From Horticoccus luteus (GTDB lineage: Bacteria > Verrucomicrobiota > Verrucomicrobiia > Opitutales > Opitutaceae), in NCBI RefSeq assembly GCF_019464535.1, contig NZ_CP080507.1, positions 3,090,001 through 3,122,000 of the forward strand: a stretch of 32,000 nucleotides of DNA, given 5' to 3'. The notes under the pieces are model-generated. The model made no database searches and was not told the DNA's origin. It worked only from the letters and a program-made list of their open reading frames with translations. The position numbers and the translations under genes were made by a program. Positions 25,770 through 32,000 of this stretch are shown in pieces (the stretch's first letter is position 1; the number at the start of each line of letters is the position of its first letter).

Positions 25770-27053
25770 CTACCCCGCTGGAGCTGGTGCCGCGCCCAAG
25801 TTTTCCGGGCGCTTGGGGCGGATCAGCAACACAAGCCCCACCGATAATAACGCCACACCTGCGAACACGCCAAAAATGACGTTGAGCGGCACGTGACGGT
25901 CGCGCAGCGCCCCGAACAGCCAGTCGCCGAAGCCACCGCAACTGATGCTCACGAAATTCATTAAACCGTAACCCGTAGCGCGCAGTTCCGGGCGCGCGAC
26001 TTGGCAGAGGATGGGCATGTTGTTGCAGTCGAAGAATCCCCAGCCAAGGCCGAAGATGATCAGCCCGCCCACCGCGATCGCCAGCGTGGGAGCGTTGCCT
26101 ACGCCAAATAGGGCCGGGAGGAACAGCATCATACCGATTGCGCTGGTGAATATCCGCCCGCGCCGCGTGCGCCGCATCCACCGGTCCGCCAAAAATCCGC
26201 CGATCAATGCGCCGAAGATTGCCGCAATCTGCACGTAGAGAATCGCGCTCACGCCAGCCTTGCCCTGTCCCAAGTGAAACTTCTCGCGCAAAATATCCGG
26301 CATCCAGTCGCGCACCACCCAGCCAGCTATGGCCGGAAGCGTGAAATACAGCACGAGCAGGATGAAATCGCGGTTGCCCACAAGTCCGCGCCAGACGCCG
26401 GTCTGCGGGGCGTTTTGCCGCCCAGGTGCCGGCGCGACTTCGGCCGCCCGTCCACCGCGCGATTTGGCGTGGCGCAGCATGAGCAGCAGCGGCACGGCGT
26501 ATAGCGCGCCGAGCCAGCCGCACGTGGAAAACGCCCAGCGCCACCCGTGTTCGGGCGATTCTGCGACATAGCCGGCAAACCCGCCGAGGATCTGGCCGAG
26601 ATAGATTCCGATTTGGTGCACACCGATCGCGCGCGAGCGTGTGCGGCCTGGATGGTAATCGGCGATCAACGCCAGAGCGGCGGGCATGTAGAACGCCTCG
26701 CTCACGCCCATCAACGCCCGCACGGCGATCATCTCGTGAAAGCTTGTGACGTGCCCCGTCCACCACGTGACGAGCGACCACACGAACAGGCTCAAACCGA
26801 CCACCCGTGGCTTGCTCAAACGATCCGCAAAATACCCCGCAAACGGACTCAGACCGGCATACGTCCATTTGAAGGCGCCCAGCACCAGCCCCCAATCCGC
26901 GCCATTCGCGATGCTCGGCAGGTCGCCCACCATCGACGACTTCATCGTCGCGAGCATTTGCCGGTCGAGGTAATTGAGCAAGGCAACGGGCGCGAGGAGC
27001 GCCACGATCAGCCACGCGTAACGGGTCACGGAGTTGGAGCCGTTTTCGACCAT
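25770..27053 (-). CDS. MFS transporter, anion:cation symporter (ACS) type (hexuronate/aldarate/galactonate-like)
   Basis: The protein looks 12-TM. LLNYLDRQMLATM is the ACS-family NYxDR signature. GYFADRLSKPRV is an MFS motif-A-like segment. I trimmed the start to the ATG at 27053 (MVENGSNSVTRYAWLIV). Confidence 0.8.
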   Translation of the reverse strand: MVENGSNSVTRYAWLIVALLAPVALLNYLDRQMLATMKSSMVGDLPSIANGADWGLVLGAFKWTYAGLSPFAGYFADRLSKPRVVGLSLFVWSLVTWWTGHVTSFHEMIAVRALMGVSEAFYMPAALALIADYHPGRTRSRAIGVHQIGIYLGQILGGFAGYVAESPEHGWRWAFSTCGWLGALYAVPLLLMLRHAKSRGGRAAEVAPAPGRQNAPQTGVWRGLVGNRDFILLVLYFTLPAIAGWVVRDWMPDILREKFHLGQGKAGVSAILYVQIAAIFGALIGGFLADRWMRRTRRGRIFTSAIGMMLFLPALFGVGNAPTLAIAVGGLIIFGLGWGFFDCNNMPILCQVARPELRATGYGLMNFVSISCGGFGDWLFGALRDRHVPLNVIFGVFAGVALLSVGLVLLIRPKRPENLGAAPAPAG

Positions 27054-27321
27054 CAGTGAGCGCGAGGATTGGTAAGAACGCGATCGATCGGCGCACGATT
27101 CCATGGTCGGTTAATCTGCCCCAGACCGTCGAGTGGCCCGATCGCGGTGGCGTGGATGTCACCGATCCTGCGCAGTTCGCCTTTGCACGTGAGTGCAGTC
27201 CTCACCCGCAGTGGGACGCGGGCGACTGCAACATCAACCACCCACCGGCAGCCGCGCGTGCGAGCGCAGCGGCGCTTCGAGCGCACGACCGGCTCCAAAA
27301 CGTGAGCGGCGGGAAAACGCC

Positions 27322-28245
27322 TCATGACGTTCGCTGCGGCTCGAGCTGCCATTCGGCGAATTTTCGCTGCAGTTCGGCCACGATCTCTGCATAAAGCGCC
27401 CGCGACCGTGGCGACACAATCGCCTTCGGCTCACCAGGATCGAGCCCACGCGCTTCCATGCCCGCGGCGACATTGAGCGGAAACGTCAACCGGTCGATAA
27501 TTCGACCGATCTCCCTCAGCCGTTCAAACGCCGGGCTGATCTCGCCGCCGGTGTGATCGTGGCAGACTTCATACAGGTGCACCATCAGGTCGGGCGCGAT
27601 GTTGACGAGGCCGCCGATGCAGCCTTCCACCCCGAGCGCGAATACTTCCGGCAGACGCGTATCCGATCCGGAAAAAACGGGAAAATCTTTCGCGCGACCG
27701 AGTTGAATCAACTCCTCGTGATAGGCGAATTCGTGGCCGCTCTGTTTGATCCCCGCCATGCGTGCGCGATCGGCAAAAGCCGCCACGGTCTCGACATTGA
27801 TGCGCGTGCCGGTCAGCTCCGGAAAGTTGTAGAGAAACGTCGGCAGCTGGGCCGCATCCGCGGCATGGAGAAAATGTGCGAGGGCGTCTTCCTGCGTCGA
27901 CGGATAAAATCCGGGCGTCATCACGGCAATCGCCGGTAGTCCAAGCCGCGCGGCGAACCGCCCGAGCTCCGCCACAGCTTGAGGGCGAATATCGCTTACG
28001 TTTGCGATCACCGGCAACGGCGCGGCTAGTTCGGCGACAGTTGCGAGCGCGCGCTTGCGCTGCTCCAAGTCGAATTGCGGAAATTCGCCGGTGCTCCCCA
28101 GGGCGAGGACGCCGTGCACGCGATGGCGTTTGAGAAACGCGAGATTCGCGGCGAGCTCGCGCGCGAGCAGATTGCCGTGCACGTCGGTCGGCAGCCACAA
28201 GGCCGCCAGGATACCTTTGCGAGGAACAAGAGAGAGGGATGACAT
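27322..28245 (-). CDS. DHDPS/NAL-family class I pyruvate aldolase (DapA-like; specificity unknown)
   Basis: Matching segments are GVLALGSTGEF, FLYNFPELTG and GIKQSG (the Schiff-base Lys position). The TIM-barrel length is right at 307 aa. Confidence 0.8.
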   Translation of the reverse strand: MSSLSLVPRKGILAALWLPTDVHGNLLARELAANLAFLKRHRVHGVLALGSTGEFPQFDLEQRKRALATVAELAAPLPVIANVSDIRPQAVAELGRFAARLGLPAIAVMTPGFYPSTQEDALAHFLHAADAAQLPTFLYNFPELTGTRINVETVAAFADRARMAGIKQSGHEFAYHEELIQLGRAKDFPVFSGSDTRLPEVFALGVEGCIGGLVNIAPDLMVHLYEVCHDHTGGEISPAFERLREIGRIIDRLTFPLNVAAGMEARGLDPGEPKAIVSPRSRALYAEIVAELQRKFAEWQLEPQRTS

Positions 28246-28316
28246 GCGCTAAGCCGCGCTCGTTCAGCGCGGAAAAAAATGTGATTGGGAAATGCGGAAG
28301 CGCCGCCGGGCGATGC

Positions 28317-29063
28317 TTATTTCCACTCGCCGCTGCGGCCGAACTTTCGGCGGGCGTTCGCCGCGAAACGCGTGCCGGCGCGGCTCATCTCGGTGAGAAT
28401 CTCGGCGGTCGTGCGGCCCGCGCTCGCGCTGCCGGGCGGAATCACGGTGTCGCATTCATTGTCGTCCATGAAGCGCGCCGCTTCGAGCAGCCGCTGTTGG
28501 CTGTCGGGCGGTAGTATAATAAAACCGTGCTTGTCCGCGTGGATCAACTGACCGGGCCTCACTTTCGTGCCGAAGACCTCCACGTCGACACCCCAGCGCA
28601 GCGGCCAGCAATGCGCGTGGCTGACGGCGAGCCGTCGGGCGATGGCCTTGAAGCCCGCGCTCTTCATCTCATCGAGATCGCGCACCGCACCATCCGTAAT
28701 CGTGCCAACGCAACCGAGCGCCCGCGCGTGATTCGCGCCGACCTCGCCCCAGATCGACCCGTGGCAACGGGGCGCATCGAGGTCTTGCACCACGACGATT
28801 TTCGGCCCGGGCCGCGACGCGAGATACTCGCGGTAGAGCGCAAAGTTGTCCGGCTGCTCGCGTTTGGGGCGCGGGTCGCCGCCGGAAATAATCAGTGTCA
28901 TCGCGAACCCCACCATCGGCCCGACTTCGGGCATGAAGTCGTGCGTCTCGTCGCGGTTGACCAATGTGAGCGGGTCGGCGCGGGAGATCTGCTCGAGCGC
29001 GTTGGCGATCGTCGGCGTGTTCCAACGCTTCAGCTTGTGCAGTTGCGCGGGCGTAAGTGGCAT
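28317..29063 (-). CDS. RraA-family protein of the long (HMG/CHA-aldolase / oxaloacetate-decarboxylase-like) type
   Basis: WGEVGANHARALGCVGTITDGAVRDLDEM matches the RraA/aldolase signature (GE..a..A...G..G.v.DG..RD). At 248 aa it is longer than the roughly 160-aa RNase E regulator type. Confidence 0.75.
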   Translation of the reverse strand: MPLTPAQLHKLKRWNTPTIANALEQISRADPLTLVNRDETHDFMPEVGPMVGFAMTLIISGGDPRPKREQPDNFALYREYLASRPGPKIVVVQDLDAPRCHGSIWGEVGANHARALGCVGTITDGAVRDLDEMKSAGFKAIARRLAVSHAHCWPLRWGVDVEVFGTKVRPGQLIHADKHGFIILPPDSQQRLLEAARFMDDNECDTVIPPGSASAGRTTAEILTEMSRAGTRFAANARRKFGRSGEWK

Positions 29064-29088
29064 CGCGGTTTTGTTCAGGGTGCGCGGT

Positions 29089-31143
29089 TCACTGCGGCAG
29101 AGTGCCGTGGGGAATCAGGTAGAGAAAGCCGTCCTCGGTGCCGAAAAGCACCTCGCCCGGCTTCCCCTTCGTCCAGTGCACAACGGTGGGCGCGGTGGAA
29201 TGCCCGGCCAGGATCTGCCCCGGATTGAGCGGACCCATATCCTTGAAGGTCCATTGGCCTTCAGAGTTTTGGCCGAGGCCTTTGAGGAAATTCACATTCA
29301 CGCTGTTCACGAGCAGATCGAGCACGCCGTCACCATCCCAGTCGACGAAGCAGAACGTGCGTCGACCGCTCGAACCGCCCAACCCGGAGTTGAGTTGCAA
29401 GAGGCCCGACTGGTGATTCGTCGGCCGCTGGATTGAGTCGAAACTCGACACCCCTTCGCCGCGAAATACGCGTTTGCCGGGCAGGAGCTGCAGACGTCCA
29501 TCCGCGGTTTTCCGCCTTTCGAACAACGCGAGATAGCCTTCGTGGTCGAGCGTCACCAGGTCCGGCAACCCATCGTGGTTCCAGTCGATCACGTAGGGCG
29601 TGCACCGCCACTCGATCACGAGTTCCTTACCGTGCGGTTCCCACCAGTTCCAAGCGGGTTTCGGTGGTTTGCCCGGCCACTCGACTTCGACCTGCGCAGC
29701 AGCGGCGAAACGCGGCTCGGTGCGGGTGCCAATGTTGCGATACCAATACACTTTGCCCCACACGTCGCTGCACATGATGTCTGGCAGTCCGTCCATGTCC
29801 CAATCCGCCGCGCACACGTCGGTGTAACCCCACTTCGTCTCGCTCGGGCCCTGACAGTCGCCGTTGTAGCCGGCTTGGATATGGATCGTCTGGCCGTCGG
29901 CTGCGAGATAAACCGGGGCCGCCCAACGCACTGGGTCGCCACCGAGATTTTTGATGAAGCCGACGTAGCCGGCGCTATTGCCTACCACGAGATCCTCCAA
30001 GCCGTCGCCGTCTAGATCGACCGCCGACGGTGCGGAGAGCACGCCGAACTTCACTTCGTCGGCCAGTTGCCGGAAAAACCGCGGCGGCAAAAATTGCGGC
30101 ATGCCATCGGCGACTTTCCCGGTGTTCTGCAGGAGTGCTACCCGGCCGTCCTCCTGACCGACGACCAAGTCGAGGTGGCCGTCGCCGTTGAAGTCGCACG
30201 CGACCGGCGCGATCATGCACAAGTCCATTGTGAGCGGCACGCCGCCGAGCGCGAGACGCCGGCCCGGTGCGTAGCGCGGCTCGGTGCGCGTGCCGATATT
30301 TTCGAAATAGGTGAAACCGTCGATGAACTCGCCGCAGATGAGGTCGAGCTTGCCGGTGCCGCGAAAATCGCCGAAGCAAGGCGACGGCCGCCCGTAGACA
30401 TCAATCGCCGCATCGCCCGCTTTCAATTGAATCGGTTTCGCATACGAGGGCACTTCGTTGGTCCCCGTGTTGCGGAGGAGGTAAACGTAGCCGTGCAGGG
30501 GGCCAAACTTCCATTTGCCGTTTTCATCGAACGCCGGCTCCGTGGCTTGATTCGAGGTGCGCCATTTGTAGTCGCCCCAATAATCAATGCCGACGATCAA
30601 GTCGCGTTTCCCGTCGCCGTCGTAATCCACTTCGGTCCACTGGCTCGAGCGAATACCGCTGATGTCGGGCTTGGTGAGATTCGCGTCGGTGGCGCCGAAG
30701 ATTTCCGGCACCGACGGCGCGTTGAGTTTCTGTGGTTGTTCAAGGGCGGATCGCGTGAAGTGCGGATAAATCGCTCCCGCGGTCAGCACGACGGGCTTGC
30801 CGTCCACGTAGGAGATTTGTGCGGAGTCGATGCCGCGGCCCAGGCGCACGCCGGCCTTCAGCAGCGGCAGCCCGCCCTCCGGATCCGTGACGCCGCTGTT
30901 CTCGAATAAATAAGTGCCGTTGTATGGCTTGCCCGAGCACACGACCACCAGGTCCATCAAGCCGTCGCCATTGTAATCCAGCGGCAGCGGCCAACCCCAC
31001 AGACCGACCCCGACATCGGTGCGAAGCGCAGGGTTGTTATACTTTATCCGCTGAAAGTCCGGCGGATTGGCTGCCAGTGCGGCGGTCGCCAGCAAGACGA
31101 GCGAGAGCAGACGCGAAGCAAGACGGGAGGAGCAGCAAAGCAT
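29089..31143 (-). CDS. Secreted FG-GAP/VCBS-repeat beta-propeller protein
   Basis: Eight D-x-[DN]-x-D-G-x-x-D-type repeats are present: DYNGDGLMDLVV, DYDGDGKRDLIVG, DFRGTGKLDLICG, DFNGDGHLDLVVG, DLDGDGLEDLVVG, DWDMDGLPDIM, DWNHDGLPDLV and DWDGDGVLDLLV. The track start at 31179 is a TTG. The ATG at 31143 gives a signal peptide, MLCCSSRLASRLLSLVLLATAALAANP. Confidence 0.85.
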   Translation of the reverse strand: MLCCSSRLASRLLSLVLLATAALAANPPDFQRIKYNNPALRTDVGVGLWGWPLPLDYNGDGLMDLVVVCSGKPYNGTYLFENSGVTDPEGGLPLLKAGVRLGRGIDSAQISYVDGKPVVLTAGAIYPHFTRSALEQPQKLNAPSVPEIFGATDANLTKPDISGIRSSQWTEVDYDGDGKRDLIVGIDYWGDYKWRTSNQATEPAFDENGKWKFGPLHGYVYLLRNTGTNEVPSYAKPIQLKAGDAAIDVYGRPSPCFGDFRGTGKLDLICGEFIDGFTYFENIGTRTEPRYAPGRRLALGGVPLTMDLCMIAPVACDFNGDGHLDLVVGQEDGRVALLQNTGKVADGMPQFLPPRFFRQLADEVKFGVLSAPSAVDLDGDGLEDLVVGNSAGYVGFIKNLGGDPVRWAAPVYLAADGQTIHIQAGYNGDCQGPSETKWGYTDVCAADWDMDGLPDIMCSDVWGKVYWYRNIGTRTEPRFAAAAQVEVEWPGKPPKPAWNWWEPHGKELVIEWRCTPYVIDWNHDGLPDLVTLDHEGYLALFERRKTADGRLQLLPGKRVFRGEGVSSFDSIQRPTNHQSGLLQLNSGLGGSSGRRTFCFVDWDGDGVLDLLVNSVNVNFLKGLGQNSEGQWTFKDMGPLNPGQILAGHSTAPTVVHWTKGKPGEVLFGTEDGFLYLIPHGTLPQ

Positions 31144-31193
31144 GGTGAAATGGGGGTTGGGTGCCGCGCGACAAACCAATCCGGCGCGGAAGC

Positions 31194-32000
31194 TCAGAAC
31201 CGCGTCGACACGCTAAACCGATAGGTGCGGGGCGGCTGGTCGCGCGTGATGAGGAATGGATCGTTGCCAATGTTCGTGACCATCAGGTCGAAGTTATAGC
31301 TGCGCCACCGGTAGGCGACGCCGGCATCATAGCTGTGCTGCGTTTCCGGAATCGACGTGAGCCCGTAACCGGTGAGCTGAGTGATGAGCGGACCGACGAG
31401 TGAGAGACCGGCCTTCACTTCCCACCCTTGCTCCTTCGCATCGCGGAAGCTGTATTTGGCGAAAAAGTTGAAGTTCCAGTCCGGCGCGAAACGCAGCGGG
31501 ATGCGGCCGGGGTTTGAGGCAGTCGTCCAGCCGAGCGTGTTTTGCTGGCCGGTGAAGCCTTGGCTGGTGTCCATGCGCGTGTAATTCGCAATTATGCTGA
31601 GGCGGTCGGTCACGCTGCCAAACGCACTGACTTCGTAGCCCTTTGACTGCGCACCTTGGATCTCCGTTTGCGTGCCATACGTGATCGATTGGCCTTGCGA
31701 GACGCCATTGGTGAGCACGTTCGCGGTGCTGCCAGTCTTCGTCATTTCCCAGTAGTCCGCAGCAAATGACAACCGGCCTTGCAACACCTCTCCCTTCACG
31801 CCGACCTCGCGCAGGTCGGTGATGGGGCTCACGACGAAAAACTCATTCAGCCGCGGATCCCCCGCGAGCAGACCGTTGTAGCGTTTTACGGAGCGAGTGG
31901 GGTCGGTCTGCACGCTTTTCACTGCGTAAACAGCCAGGCGCGGCGTGATTTTCACCGTGGCGCCGTAGCGATACGAATTGAGCGTGGTGTCGGCCGAGCT
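31194..32000 (-). CDS. TonB-dependent outer-membrane receptor, C-terminal barrel portion (N-terminus beyond the window)
   Basis: The protein ends ...PPRTYRFSVSTRF, with the terminal aromatic residue typical of TBDRs, and shows alternating beta-strand patterns. The listed 'M' at 31955 is an internal GTG. My translation shows the frame stays open to 32000 (SSADTTLNSYRYGATVKITPRL). Confidence 0.8.
   Translation of the reverse strand, partial: SSADTTLNSYRYGATVKITPRLAVYAVKSVQTDPTRSVKRYNGLLAGDPRLNEFFVVSPITDLREVGVKGEVLQGRLSFAADYWEMTKTGSTANVLTNGVSQGQSITYGTQTEIQGAQSKGYEVSAFGSVTDRLSIIANYTRMDTSQGFTGQQNTLGWTTASNPGRIPLRFAPDWNFNFFAKYSFRDAKEQGWEVKAGLSLVGPLITQLTGYGLTSIPETQHSYDAGVAYRWRSYNFDLMVTNIGNDPFLITRDQPPRTYRFSVSTRF

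Noticed and set aside
25690-27162. 490-aa minus-strand ORF overlapping the MFS gene in another frame
   Set aside because: The frame at 25770..27053 gives a clean 12-TM MFS protein with the NYLDR motif. The alternative frame is Arg-rich and non-membrane-like.

Overview
GC-rich chromosomal segment. My 60-nt hand counts give about 63-68% GC in the core genes. It is almost fully coding. The gene content (ParE-like 614-aa topoisomerase B subunit, TIGR03067-like small protein, TonB-dependent receptor plus FG-GAP propeller cluster) suggests a PVC/Verrucomicrobia-like host. That taxonomic call is a low-confidence inference, because no database search was possible.

Layout, left to right:
- (1) A partial secreted protein with tandem CBM6/CBM35 modules. 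It is missing from the ORF track because it runs off the window.
- (2) A minus-strand nitrogen block, amt - glnK - amt, with a textbook sigma-54 promoter. A strong terminator follows glnK, and a second sigma-54-like element follows that.
- (3) Housekeeping genes: aspS, a SAM methyltransferase, gpmI, hemH (its stop overlaps by 4 nt the GTG start of a multi-PAS hybrid histidine kinase), a DUF1275 membrane protein, parE-like, a VOC protein, a DsbA-like protein and a lipoprotein.
- (4) A roughly 2.5-kb AT-richer island (42-48% GC in spot counts). It holds only a beta-class DNA methyltransferase and, one nucleotide downstream, a 386-aa protein of a family I cannot name. This is a presumptive Type II R-M cassette. 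It lies against the terminator and 3' end of tRNA-Asp(GTC), with no integrase.
- (5) Divergent tRNA-Asp(GTC) and tRNA-Arg(TCT).
- (6) A minus-strand uptake/catabolic cluster: TonB-dependent receptor (partial), eight-repeat FG-GAP/VCBS propeller, RraA/HMG-aldolase-like protein, DHDPS-family aldolase and an ACS-type MFS transporter.

No CRISPR array, transposase, integrase or rRNA was seen. All family calls rest on motifs I recognise by eye, not on searches. The most likely novelties are the unassigned R-M partner protein and the propeller plus dual-aldolase cluster.
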